64,000 nt of DNA from the IMG/VR virus record IMGVR_UViG_3300021962_000060, positions 26,922-90,921 of that record, one strand, 5' to 3'. This stretch comes from a virus. A program made the translations under genes and the position numbers. Below, one piece after another: positions 40,801 to 48,766 of the stretch (position 1 is the stretch's first letter; each line of letters opens with the position of its first letter). Under the pieces are notes generated by a model, which saw only the letters and a program-made list of their open reading frames with translations, searched no databases and had not been told where the DNA came from.

Positions 40801-41438
40801 TCAGCGTGCTTTTTTTGCTCCGCATTAGCCGTTTCTGCGGACACACCCATTTTCATGTAGGCTTTTTCAGCTGTAGAAGAAATATTTTCAACAATCTTTT
40901 CGATCATTGTCAGTTCTTTATCAACAGCGGAAAAAGTGGTAAGAGCAATCCTGCCAAATGCTAGCATTGGCAAAGTAAGACCAGTTATCAACTGGCGACC
41001 AGTCCACTGAGTTTCTTTACCGGTTCGCTTCATTTCGTAAGCAAGGGAGCGTAAATCGCTAACCAATGCTTTTGCTTTAATACCCTTTAAAGCAGTATTA
41101 TACTGTCTTAATTGAGTAGTTGCGGTAGCAGTACTAGAGGTCGCAAAATATTGCGATTTAGTCATGTTTTTAAGATCAGTTGACGACCTTCTAATTTCAT
41201 TACTTAATGCGCTTTGATTCGCAATAAGCTGAGAGATGCTTTTTGCATGTTGATTTACACCAGAGGAACCATAGCCAATAGCCTGATTTAATGCTTTTTG
41301 ATTAGCATCAAGATTTCTTACGGCTTTAGCATTTCCTGCTAAAGCGGCATTAACTTGTCTAAGACCATTACTTAATGCATTTAATTGATTCAAGTTATTA
41401 ACTTGAAGGTTAATTATAATGTCATTAGGATTACTCAT
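34869..41438 (-). CDS. Tape measure protein
   Basis: ~2190 aa, helical and Ala-rich, AMLHGGEYVI C-terminal motif, follows tail chaperones. Confidence 0.93.
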   Translation of the reverse strand: MSNPNDIIINLQVNNLNQLNALSNGLRQVNAALAGNAKAVRNLDANQKALNQAIGYGSSGVNQHAKSISQLIANQSALSNEIRRSSTDLKNMTKSQYFATSSTATATTQLRQYNTALKGIKAKALVSDLRSLAYEMKRTGKETQWTGRQLITGLTLPMLAFGRIALTTFSAVDKELTMIEKIVENISSTAEKAYMKMGVSAETANAEQKKHAEENMERYRRLEQAFTDLSTTYAANRALVISLGSDFAQLGLQANETISALTDAVLMAEKLGDVDIGQAKDFVQTIYFQANKALDYNAKAHDDVKTALERENAALAIVNGTLAQFNLIENTTVLSLKDMARALPEAGAAATQFGLSMSETMALLAPMKAAGFDVASSANAIKVSLQRLNDPTNESREMIEKLNGVLGFDFSQATHIGINSIDFLAQAFNKVQESAAGAEGAMEFMTQLFVLRQGPRMAESIADIAKLNEDIAKINFGGTGIDESLKTIVDLANGVERAQDSAVPLIKSFSDLGNIARISTMNISEDVTKNVIDVIENGKTVTKTVTQADVDLAKQIRQQVGDEVLAQRAQGEDLIASIKTQTGKVMVAQLVGVSTAAELAQQEVDIALKSVSSSLTRIKVNFQLIAAELIKGFRPVIEFIDRAMQRIAQGFRDMSPAAKIAISVAIAGMAALGPLIYAFGLAKSAIGVLAQGLLRVVPGLTSLNAASLAASPALMRLSSPVVMVGNAMTTSASRTALLTARLASMNGPIGAAARRIGLMTGMLKREATAAKEVQAAVAALNVTRGTGVALGAGNITGLGVAKRPVIDDAVREAYIAKSGITNQKTIDSIMKGSRDVAIAKPLAQSQALGLPPTMFQRDIGSAVSAATNQRLLDQGSRPISSRMSAARIAREQTITKVAMRRAARLGLDQSLVNIMPTSPGFDPDAEKRAMKRFGTTRTRMFRQAVDRRFTGGVAKGLIYDKSPISGPGAPVAQANYKMASLFKQKSGKFAGDYYRSVALTPNQERRIVEGGILGALQKMKLRLTPTYEAMKRNAIRGAKAVKNAVVNGFNAMVPAIKRMGNSIGLAMDKFMDGFQGLFTKGQRLTAIKNGILNTTNMIGNGFKKMALTAKAGLVKVGTAIKSSKLGQAFHTLFTDPKQALTSFVTVIKARTKQAVTVLKARIAQIQALNAKLATTNIGGKVARVTNFALEITGYKAIKKAIYEAQFAALQYQTTQAAFGGKQNAFVMMAKSVKAFTMSLLKSMNIMKLVKIVFMSMGITAVILAISAAVIYLINGFRTMGKGGDDIKKKFSAAFGILAQVVKMVIKPIKDAIHTILTMMTGASDAKSQFSSLGDTLMKVASAVKDFFEKYVVPALKFMLVGAINIIRGVTKFIQGLINIFKGDWKKGLGQMAQGIALFANVILKIVVKIATTWLKIMAGVYKAIVKGITGVASGMIRIFAKAIDFITGMFIKLIDKTVGSIGRSRLGKLLGIDNIADGLKKTVEVFGKSVSGAVKLAADGVDGLGKVVNKAIDIGFGFGVKAIEKLGQWGQGMLDKIIESTKSLMDSTGKNIVEDANDYGKEYADAFTDPIAAGLDKVYNEADGELAKFLNDLKQRFVDLVLDEVSKKVQDVVEGLNDALQSQKDAALAVYDTQIETLDKLAKAEESLTKEKEYQVERRRMIDERALQMQNYQRERALAIYEGRIDDARVLALEDQKNSLDYTKDLAKLDESRRKDLAEENLQALKDAISAAKDEAGKFFDEQIKGFEDAAKKITQFPPQTIEEYRSMLDQLNTAASGVAQENSQIFEEMLNSMTENIALPNEAVGVFATSLDQLITTAQAKYGLTDASDQNSVVGATVAMLTGIEGQMVGSQESISAAFAGIVDNVFDLAAGFSTIGESIFLPAMQSIAAILEENNPFTVFEEAIRIANTTLIREITGTVGAVGSMVDGLATRIDVMLARLSVANYLANQAEDAAGDDGAGDNEPSTTPTRGAPSSETYNAILRQTRANFEKNKNSETLRRLNAQEKEALIKKAANYIFQFDMSQMGRTAQQKHAKAGLELQKLKDAGDNGVAGLFQIHYSLRYGGRVPKFGAGGYVVPGFGSQGIPAMLHGGEYVINSNAVKNIGYAALENLNKMRFATPQTRTPEYASTSSSTTTTNIYVENFIGEDEWFNSMLKQYNMNVLPAKQKSAGMENRVVTTYSGLSRGM

Positions 41439-41488
41439 AGGCTGTACCAAATACAATTATGTCATTAAAACAACATAAAAGCAATAAT

Positions 41489-42111
41489 TTAACCTTCATA
41501 ACCCAATCCAATTGGAATAAATCTAAGATCACTACCTTGAATTGGTTTAGGAGGTTCAATGGGTGCTGGGTCATACCAATCATCATCAAATGAGGTTTCA
41601 CCGCCCCAAGCCATAGCACTTATTTGAACTTGCTTGTTAAATTCATTACTACAAGCTCTATATAGCAAAAATAATTCTTCTAAATTCAAATTATCTTCTA
41701 ATTCAAAAATATTCTTCCAAGCACCAACTTGGACAAAAACTTCTGATTCATATTTCAGCAAAGGGAGGTCATCCCAAGGCACAGCCTCGGCATTCCCCCC
41801 TTCACCACTAATCAGTTTGGGTCGTTACCCATTGCAGCAGACATGAGTTCGCCATAAGAGCGAAGATCTAAAATGTCTTCTAACGCATCACGGTCAGCAG
41901 ACAATTCGGGATCAGTAGCAGCCAAAGCGATACTGGCAGAGTCAATCATCTTATCAATATCTTCATCAGTCATCTGACCGTCATCGCCGGGCTTCATGTT
42001 ATTGGCAATCTTCATAAACTTTCTTAACTGACGAATAGTGAGAGGTCTAATCGTTCGCTTCTTGCCGTCAGCGAAAGTGATCTCAACACCACCATGAATA
42101 TCCTTGTTCAA
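41489..42111 (-). CDS. Tail assembly chaperone, -1 frameshift-extended form (gpGT-like)
   Basis: Slippery C CCA AAC at 41821-41815 just before TGA; -1 frame open into VPWDDLPLLK. Confidence 0.85.
41812..42111 (-). CDS. Tail assembly chaperone (gpG-like)
   Basis: AAGGAG RBS, between major tail and tape measure. Confidence 0.85.
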   Translation of the reverse strand: MNKDIHGGVEITFADGKKRTIRPLTIRQLRKFMKIANNMKPGDDGQMTDEDIDKMIDSASIALAATDPELSADRDALEDILDLRSYGELMSAAMGNDPN

Positions 42112-42136
42112 AATAATCTCCTTTTAGATAGGCAAA

Positions 42137-42168
42137 AGCCTCAGGTATATTTTACCATACCTGAGGCT
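42137..42168 (-). terminator. 12-bp hairpin after the major tail gene, loop holding a promoter-like -10
   Basis: Minus strand AGCCTCAGGTAT-GGTAAAAT-ATACCTGAGGCT then TTTG. Confidence 0.65.
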
Positions 42169-42193
42169 CTTGCACATTAAAATTTTAACTATT

Positions 42194-42784
42194 TCACACT
42201 TCGTCAATAATCTTGCCGTACTCATATCCAACGTCAGCGCTGACGGGCAGAATGCGGAACGACACTGCGAAAACAGTAGCCTCAGCACGCTTCATCGAAA
42301 TCGTGGACGATTCCATCGAAATTGCACGCTTCGTGTTGAACTTACGAGTCTTGGTCGTAGCGGCATCCGAACCAGGGGCGTTTCCAACAATCTGGATAGC
42401 CTTCTCAAACGGATACACATTCTGAACACCGAACAAGAACGTCTTCGTGTTAGCACCATCGTTGTTGTTGATAACATCCGAGCCGCCAGTTGCGCTGTCA
42501 TAGCTCCAAGCAAGAGCAAGGTTGTTCAGCGTAGCCTCAGCCAAGGTCGTCTTGACCATGACCTTAACTTTGGACTGAATAACCTTGGCAGCATCACCGT
42601 ACTGGTCAACTTCAATGTCAACCATGTCAGGCTCCCAAGAGATCTCAACACCACCCTGAGTACCTCCAACCGAGGTCAGGCTGTTGAAATCGCTATTGGT
42701 CATCGTCGTATTAGACGCGCCAATCTTAACTTCTGCTTCGCCAACAACAATGTTAGCAGTAGTAACTGTATTTGCACCGGGCAT
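42194..42784 (-). CDS. Major tail protein
   Basis: VGGTQGGV..., TTLAEATL.NL; AGGAGG RBS; GC-rich codon bias; synteny. Confidence 0.88.
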   Translation of the reverse strand: MPGANTVTTANIVVGEAEVKIGASNTTMTNSDFNSLTSVGGTQGGVEISWEPDMVDIEVDQYGDAAKVIQSKVKVMVKTTLAEATLNNLALAWSYDSATGGSDVINNNDGANTKTFLFGVQNVYPFEKAIQIVGNAPGSDAATTKTRKFNTKRAISMESSTISMKRAEATVFAVSFRILPVSADVGYEYGKIIDEV

Positions 42785-42795
42785 ATTTCTTCCTC

Positions 42796-42990
42796 CTATT
42801 CACAGACAAAAATTCTTTTGCCTCGCTTATCTCGCCATTTGGCAATTTTTTTGGCATGCTCGGGTCTGACACTTCCAGACTTCCGACCAATACCTAAACC
42901 TTTATTCCATTCAAACTCATAAATCGAATTATCGACCTTAGCGGTATAGCCAGAGTTTTTTCCAACATAAGTAATTGTAACATAATCCAT
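42796..42990 (-). CDS. Small basic virion-module protein
   Basis: TGG-TATCAT 6 nt before ATG 42990 (leaderless). Confidence 0.7.
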   Translation of the reverse strand: MDYVTITYVGKNSGYTAKVDNSIYEFEWNKGLGIGRKSGSVRPEHAKKIAKWRDKRGKRIFVCE

Positions 42991-43007
42991 ATTTATATGA
43001 TACCACA

Positions 43008-43427
43008 CTATTTTTTTACATGATGAATAACGAACTCCAAATTCAGGTTGTACCAGCCATCTCTTTCGTCAGGCGGTTCCAAAGAAGTATCCGTTATTTC
43101 AGTAGAGAGAATCCTAAAGTCAGTGCCTTCGGCACCTCCTGATTGAGAAATCTGATCGCCCTTGCCTAGTAACTCGATTATTCTTTCTCCAATATTCATC
43201 ATTCTTTCCATATCAATATCGTAGATAGAATAAAGAACAGAATCTTTTCTATACCAAAAAGCTTCTACATCGGGAATGACAGGGGAATAGTAATAAACAA
43301 TAAATGGCGGGGTAGCATCACCATAACCAATTGTCGGGAAAATGTCTATTGTAGAACCGACAAGCGACGTTATATTAGAATCATTTTTTATAAAAGTATT
43401 AATGTCGTAAACGCTTATAGTAGTCAT
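43008..43427 (-). CDS. Tail terminator-like protein
   Basis: Acidic 139 aa, PPFIVY, synteny. Confidence 0.65.
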   Translation of the reverse strand: MTTISVYDINTFIKNDSNITSLVGSTIDIFPTIGYGDATPPFIVYYYSPVIPDVEAFWYRKDSVLYSIYDIDMERMMNIGERIIELLGKGDQISQSGGAEGTDFRILSTEITDTSLEPPDERDGWYNLNLEFVIHHVKK

Positions 43428-43431
43428 ATAA

Positions 43432-44007
43432 TCACAATCTCACATTTTTATATTTTTTACTTAATTCTTGAACGGCAATTCTTCTACTCATAGTAGAAAT
43501 TTTTTCTCGTTTCATACCATTCTTTGCACTGAAATGGAATGGGCCAACTTGAGGTATCTTCAAAGGACCGAGCATTTTTGTACCCTTCTTCCATCGACCA
43601 CTAGTTCTAGATATCACATAGCGTCGAGTTCCACCACTCTTGCCCCTTCTTGGCCCTTGGACAGTCGCCCTTCTACCAACCTTCCCTTCTTCAGAATTTA
43701 AAAATATTCTAGTAGCCCATATAACGCTATATTGCCTCTTATGACCACCAGAGCCTCTTCGACCACCGCGTCCTCTTGGATCGTTTTGAATAACCAATTT
43801 CACGCCAACTTTTCCAACTCTCCTGTAGTACACGGCAACAAATCTGCCGGCACCACCTCTTCTTTTCAAATTGTCTTCAATTAAAAGTGCAGAACTAAAA
43901 ACTGCCTTTTCATTAGCTTTTGCAATTCTATTTGGAAAAGAGTTAACTTTTTCTTCTAAATTTTTAATATTATTAAAAGCTGTTTTATTAATTGTGACAT
44001 TAAGCAT
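43432..44007 (-). CDS. Highly basic head-tail/tail completion protein
   Basis: R/K/G-rich; HK97 gp10-like position. Confidence 0.6.
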   Translation of the reverse strand: MLNVTINKTAFNNIKNLEEKVNSFPNRIAKANEKAVFSSALLIEDNLKRRGGAGRFVAVYYRRVGKVGVKLVIQNDPRGRGGRRGSGGHKRQYSVIWATRIFLNSEEGKVGRRATVQGPRRGKSGGTRRYVISRTSGRWKKGTKMLGPLKIPQVGPFHFSAKNGMKREKISTMSRRIAVQELSKKYKNVRL

Positions 44008-44374
44008 CTTCAACCACCTTTTTGGTGCCAACGACTATATGATGTACTTTACCACTAAATTGCATTTTTTTCTGAATAGCAATAATTTCAAAAAAAGAAG
44101 AATCAATAATATTACCATATCTGTCTTTTAAGTTTTTTAATCTAATTGAATATGAAATATCATCAATGTAATTTTTAGGAACAAACAGATCTAACTGTTC
44201 AAAGTTTGCTACATAAGGTTGGTTTAAACTTTCAGAGGATGACTGCTGTGCAAATACAGGTATAGTCCTACTGTATCCAAAAGTCACAAACCTCTGACCG
44301 GCGGCGTTAATGGTCGTTACTTTAGAATAAATATCAATTTGATGATGAAATTTTATAAAAGTTCCGTATGACAT
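44000..44374 (-). CDS. Head-tail stopper/connector
   Basis: Size and synteny. Confidence 0.65.
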   Translation of the reverse strand: MSYGTFIKFHHQIDIYSKVTTINAAGQRFVTFGYSRTIPVFAQQSSSESLNQPYVANFEQLDLFVPKNYIDDISYSIRLKNLKDRYGNIIDSSFFEIIAIQKKMQFSGKVHHIVVGTKKVVEDA

Positions 44375-45300
44375 CAGACAATATAATCCATCACAAACAT
44401 CATGTAGTCCATCAGCAAGACATCTGCTTCAATATTACCTGTAGACTCGTAGAAGTTGGGAGACATATTAAAACTAGTAGTATCCATGCTAATACTTGAA
44501 ATACCATGCCTTCTGTATTCAGAATCGTCATTCATTAAATCTGCAATTATAAGATTAGCGGCTTGCTTGATGTTACTGGGTACAAATCTCCAACCAAAAT
44601 CTCCTTCAACTTTGTAATCAGAATCATTTCTAAATTTTTTATTATAAATTCTAGTTGACTCAGTTTGAATAATATTGGCTTTATATCTTAAATAATAAGA
44701 AGATTCAAAATTGCCTGCTTGACGAACTCTCTCGATATTCAACAAAGTAGAATCACTATAGTCATGAATAATTTCCGAATCAGCATCGCCATAATTCATA
44801 GTAACTTTTCTAAGAGTATTAATTGGATATGGCAAATGTAAATTATTGTGATTATTTCCATCTATAGTAAATGATTTATTAGGATAATAATCAAATGTTT
44901 GACCACAATATGTGTTAATAATATTTCTTGCTCTTAGTTCATACTTTTCAAAAACATCTTCATGAGTATCAATTAATTCAGGATATTCGTCAAAAAAATC
45001 ATCCGATGTTGTGTATGGTACATAAACATTAATATATTTAGATTGTGTGTACTCAGTAGAACTAATAGTGTAAGTAAAGTCTGCTCTGTGTGTTCCACAA
45101 GAACTTAGTACATATATTCCAGATGCTTCCTGACCAAAAGTTACTGTATAAACACCAGAACTAGATCTTGTTGCAGACACGTTAGCTTTAACAATATCAC
45201 CAAATTCATGATACAAATTCACAATTACACTATTTGATGCAGGATCAGAAGGTAGTGTAAGAGTTAAAGTTTTACTTGTATCTATTTTTACGCTATCCAT
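44374..45300 (-). CDS. Head-tail adaptor with N-terminal Ig-like extension
   Basis: INTYCGQTF, GW..VP.NIKQA, TGNIEAD.LL. Confidence 0.75.
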   Translation of the reverse strand: MDSVKIDTSKTLTLTLPSDPASNSVIVNLYHEFGDIVKANVSATRSSSGVYTVTFGQEASGIYVLSSCGTHRADFTYTISSTEYTQSKYINVYVPYTTSDDFFDEYPELIDTHEDVFEKYELRARNIINTYCGQTFDYYPNKSFTIDGNNHNNLHLPYPINTLRKVTMNYGDADSEIIHDYSDSTLLNIERVRQAGNFESSYYLRYKANIIQTESTRIYNKKFRNDSDYKVEGDFGWRFVPSNIKQAANLIIADLMNDDSEYRRHGISSISMDTTSFNMSPNFYESTGNIEADVLLMDYMMFVMDYIV

Positions 45301-45308
45301 TTAGACTC

Positions 45309-45398
45309 CTAGCAGTCGCATTCTTCGCAACCACAATCGCAATGCTCTACACATTCACAACCACAATCGCAAGCTTTAGTTCTTTTTTGTATATCCAT
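45309..45398 (-). CDS. Unannotated 29-aa Cys-rich metallothionein-like peptide
   Basis: MDIQKRTKACDCGCECVEHCDCGCEECDC; ATG 1 nt after the lysin TGA; TAG overlaps the next RBS. Confidence 0.7.
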   Translation of the reverse strand: MDIQKRTKACDCGCECVEHCDCGCEECDC

Positions 45399-45399
45399 G

Positions 45400-46146
45400 T
45401 CAGCCAAACATTTTTTTCCAAGTAGTGGGTCCAGCAACACCATCAGCCTTCAAGCCATTTGCAGTCTGCCAGGCTTTCAAAGCGGCATCAGACTTGGCAC
45501 CAAAATCACCGTCTGGAGTAGCCCCGATAATTGCCTGAACTAGCTTGGCAGCATCACCTTTGGAGCCGAGTTTTACGGGCGTTCCTGGGTATTCAAATTT
45601 CAAACCGCCCGAAGTGCCTCCTCCGGCAGTAGAGGAAGCCTGAGCGGGCGCTGAGGGGGCAGGAGCGGGCGATCCAGAGCCAATAGCAGCCAAGGCATTC
45701 CTTACAGCATCGGGGTTGTCAGCCATAGCTGGGCTAATTTCATAATGCACCCATTTACCACCAGGCGAGCCAATCCGATTTCTGTCATACACAGTCCATT
45801 TATCTTTATCGCATCTATACCCAGCACCCCAGCCCAAAGGGTTTGGCATGTATGCGCTTGAATAATCGTGGATTTCTTCAATGCCTAAAGCATCACGATT
45901 ATCATACAAAAATCCAATAACAGCCTTTAATTGATCTGGGTTTCCACCAAGATCAACAGCACGCCATGTAGCATGTACAGATTTAGGCGGATTAGGATTG
46001 CTTGAACCCTTAACTGGGCGATCAGCAAATATTCCTAAATTTTTAAGCCCAAATTTTGCCATAAGAGCATCTGCTAAAACTTTGGTGCCCTCTCTTTTTG
46101 CTGCGTGAACAGCGTCTTTGTTTCCCGTATAAGGTCTAACGGCCAT
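45400..46146 (-). CDS. Endolysin (M15/LAS-type Zn peptidase + PG-binding domain)
   Basis: SVHATWRAVD and VHYE zinc-type motifs; DGDFG..S..ALKAWQ...GL.ADGVAGPTTW. Confidence 0.85.
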   Translation of the reverse strand: MAVRPYTGNKDAVHAAKREGTKVLADALMAKFGLKNLGIFADRPVKGSSNPNPPKSVHATWRAVDLGGNPDQLKAVIGFLYDNRDALGIEEIHDYSSAYMPNPLGWGAGYRCDKDKWTVYDRNRIGSPGGKWVHYEISPAMADNPDAVRNALAAIGSGSPAPAPSAPAQASSTAGGGTSGGLKFEYPGTPVKLGSKGDAAKLVQAIIGATPDGDFGAKSDAALKAWQTANGLKADGVAGPTTWKKMFG

Positions 46147-46216
46147 TTTGCCTCCTATTAATATTTATTTATTAGTACCAATATCATTATACTCTATTTG
46201 AAAGTAGTAAACAAAA

Positions 46217-46468
46217 TCATTTCGTGTTAGAAACGTTTTTTTCTACACCAGTAAATGCCTCGTTAATTTCTTCCATTGTTAATTCTCCATCAAGCGAAGC
46301 CCTAGCCAGCTTGATAAAAACCTCTGTGCAGGCCGTGAATCCAGCCAAAAGAGCAGCCTTCCAGACGGGTATATCACCCAGCATTGAGGCACCACCAATA
46401 ATTGGCAAAGAATTAACAATAAAAACAGCGATAACTCTTTGTATAATTGATTTAAATTTATTACTCAT
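46217..46468 (-). CDS. Holin-like membrane protein
   Basis: Two hydrophobic segments; AAGGAGG RBS before ATG 46468; adjacent to lysin. Confidence 0.7.
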   Translation of the reverse strand: MSNKFKSIIQRVIAVFIVNSLPIIGGASMLGDIPVWKAALLAGFTACTEVFIKLARASLDGELTMEEINEAFTGVEKNVSNTK

Positions 46469-46638
46469 TTCCCATCCTCCTTGGCAAGCATTGCACCAAT
46501 ATAATGAACTGCTAGTGCTATACCCGTTATCCATATAGCCTTTTGTAATACTGTACCAGATAGCGTTATCAAAACCATTGCACTTCCTGCGACAGTCCAA
46601 ATTAACCCATAACTTTCTTTAATAAACTTTTTAAACAT
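46465..46638 (-). CDS. Unannotated 57-aa two-TM protein
   Basis: MFKKFIKESYGLIWTVAGSAMVLITLSGTVLQKAIWITGIALAVHYIGAMLAKEDGK; AGGAG RBS; ATGA overlap. Confidence 0.75.
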   Translation of the reverse strand: MFKKFIKESYGLIWTVAGSAMVLITLSGTVLQKAIWITGIALAVHYIGAMLAKEDGK

Positions 46639-46646
46639 ATAATCTC

Positions 46647-48011
46647 CTATTTTCTTCTTCTTGCCGAATTAGACCCCTGCGCAGCAGCACCAGAAGGCAT
46701 TGTGAATGCAACAGCGGTAGCGGCAATCAAAACTCTTCTTTGACCAACATTTATATTTGAACCAATTGGAACGTAAACATCAAATTGACCACTAAAAATA
46801 TTAATTTGGTCTTCAAATTCTTCTTTAACCTCAATTGGCGCATCCGAAAGCGCCTCGGCAATGGCCTCGGCTTGCTCATCGGTTAAATCAGATTCAGAAA
46901 TATTCTCAATCAACTGAGAAACTTCCTCACTAGACAAATCTTCTAGATTATCTGGGCTTAGTACTTCTAATATCTCATCCGAAGATAACTCAGATACGAT
47001 TGCCGATTCTGGATCAGGAGGAAGGGTCTCTACTGGATCTGTCTCTGGAGGTAACGGCTCCGTCACCACCGGCGGTTCTGTTGTAATATCCACTATTGTC
47101 GTTGACGTAGTTTCCGTGACAGGGGCAACTGTTGTCGGGACAGAAGTAGTACTGGTCGTCGTCGTAGTTGTGGATGTTGTAGTAGCCGGCCATGTTGTCG
47201 TTGTCTCTGGGACTATTATAACAGGTAATGTTGTAGTAGTTGTTGATGTAGTCGTAGTACTTGTGGTGGTAGTAGTTGTAGTAGGCGGTAGAGCCGTTAT
47301 TACAGAAACAACATCGCTCCAGCTAGAATAAATGCCAAGTGTGTCATTGTCTGCTCTAACTTTAAATTGGTACTCTTTACCAGAATCTAAATTTTCAACG
47401 ATACCAGTTGTCGTATTTGAAGAAATTGCCCACCCTGAAGAAAAATTATCTTCTGACCAGAAAATAGCATATCTTTCAACAGATACATTTGATTGCTCTG
47501 GCTCATCCCATGATAAATAAACTTTAGAATCATTAAAAGATGTGACAGTCAAACCCCTAGGCGGATTCAAAATCAACGGGATAGTTGTCGTAGTTGTGCT
47601 AGTTGTAGTGGTAGTTGTCGTTGTACCGCCTACGACAACACCCGAAACATTCGTTTCAACACGATATGACACCCCATACCAAGCGTCAGGATTACCACAG
47701 CAAACTCCAGCACGAAGTCGATATGTACCAGGCTGTAAGTTTATGTTTAAATAAGAATCAAGACCATAATGATCATCATTGGCAGCTACCAGATTATTAT
47801 TTGAATCATACAACCATAAATGACTATCTATACCATACTCTTGAGCATATGTTCTTATATTTAAATTTTGTAAAGAATCAAGAGTTATTGTTATATCAGT
47901 AGGCTGAAGAACAATAAATGTATCAGCTTTTGCTTGAGAAGCAAAAGGAAGAGAAAAACACCATATACCAACAGGTAGAAATCTAATTAACTTTTTGGTT
48001 ATACTTTTCAT
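46647..48011 (-). CDS. Secreted mucin-like surface protein (signal peptide, PPC-like domain, FN3, poly-Thr tracts)
   Basis: AKA signal site; DSHLWLYD..LVAANDD; LSWDEP...YQFKVRA; long Thr runs; hydrophobic segment and RRRK end. Confidence 0.8.
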   Translation of the reverse strand: MKSITKKLIRFLPVGIWCFSLPFASQAKADTFIVLQPTDITITLDSLQNLNIRTYAQEYGIDSHLWLYDSNNNLVAANDDHYGLDSYLNINLQPGTYRLRAGVCCGNPDAWYGVSYRVETNVSGVVVGGTTTTTTTTSTTTTTIPLILNPPRGLTVTSFNDSKVYLSWDEPEQSNVSVERYAIFWSEDNFSSGWAISSNTTTGIVENLDSGKEYQFKVRADNDTLGIYSSWSDVVSVITALPPTTTTTTTSTTTTSTTTTTLPVIIVPETTTTWPATTTSTTTTTTSTTSVPTTVAPVTETTSTTIVDITTEPPVVTEPLPPETDPVETLPPDPESAIVSELSSDEILEVLSPDNLEDLSSEEVSQLIENISESDLTDEQAEAIAEALSDAPIEVKEEFEDQINIFSGQFDVYVPIGSNINVGQRRVLIAATAVAFTMPSGAAAQGSNSARRRK

Positions 48012-48040
48012 ATAACCAATTATAAACGAAAAAGTTTTAT

Positions 48041-48766
48041 TTAGAAATCATTAGTGTTCTCATGATGTGTATGAACATTGTCATCACTATCATTATGAGT
48101 ATGGTCATCGGGGTGAGATGGGGGCTGTCCGTTTGACCACTGATCATTTACAATAAAAGTTGAAATAATCCATTTATCATCTGTTATAGGAACACAAGAC
48201 TCATGAGGATGAGTCCACGAAGCAGGAAATAATGCAATCCTACCAGCTTTTGGTTTTATCTTAACACTATGCAATGGAAAATTTGTTTCTCCACCATACT
48301 CTACATCGTTAAGATAAACAACACATCCTAAAACTCTATTATTAATACTTGAATTTAGAACTGGGAAAGAGTCTACGTGAGGTCTGTAGAAACCAAAATT
48401 TTTAGAATATTTCTGCACCTGAAAACCAGTGTCAGCAACTTGCACCCATGAATCAAGATGACGATAGTTTTGTTTATATATTGAGACAGCAGAAATTAAA
48501 GCATCAGCAAAATGCATTTCAAGAGAATACCAAGATTCATCCCAAGCTATACCAAGTTCTCTGAATGCAAATTCAGAAACATGAATATCCTCGGTAGTTT
48601 TGCTTTCTATATTAACACCACCAAGTGTTTTGCCAAGGTGTGATTTATCCCAAACAGTTTTTAATTTTTCAATAAAGTTAAAACATTTGGACTCGTCTAT
48701 CAGCCCATCAAGTGTCATAATTAAACTGGAATCACCCGCCGGCTGCGTCGTTTCTATCTGCATCAT
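48041..48766 (-). CDS. 2OG-Fe(II) oxygenase (prolyl hydroxylase-like) with His-rich tail
   Basis: HVD, YLND..GGETNF, FPASWTHPH; GGAG RBS before ATG 48766. Confidence 0.85.
   Translation of the reverse strand: MMQIETTQPAGDSSLIMTLDGLIDESKCFNFIEKLKTVWDKSHLGKTLGGVNIESKTTEDIHVSEFAFRELGIAWDESWYSLEMHFADALISAVSIYKQNYRHLDSWVQVADTGFQVQKYSKNFGFYRPHVDSFPVLNSSINNRVLGCVVYLNDVEYGGETNFPLHSVKIKPKAGRIALFPASWTHPHESCVPITDDKWIISTFIVNDQWSNGQPPSHPDDHTHNDSDDNVHTHHENTNDF

Noticed and set aside
42170-42922. 250-aa plus-strand ORF
   Set aside because: Antisense shadow of the major tail gene
47090-47630. GTA/GTT/GTC trinucleotide-like repeats
   Set aside because: Explained by poly-Thr coding with mixed codons
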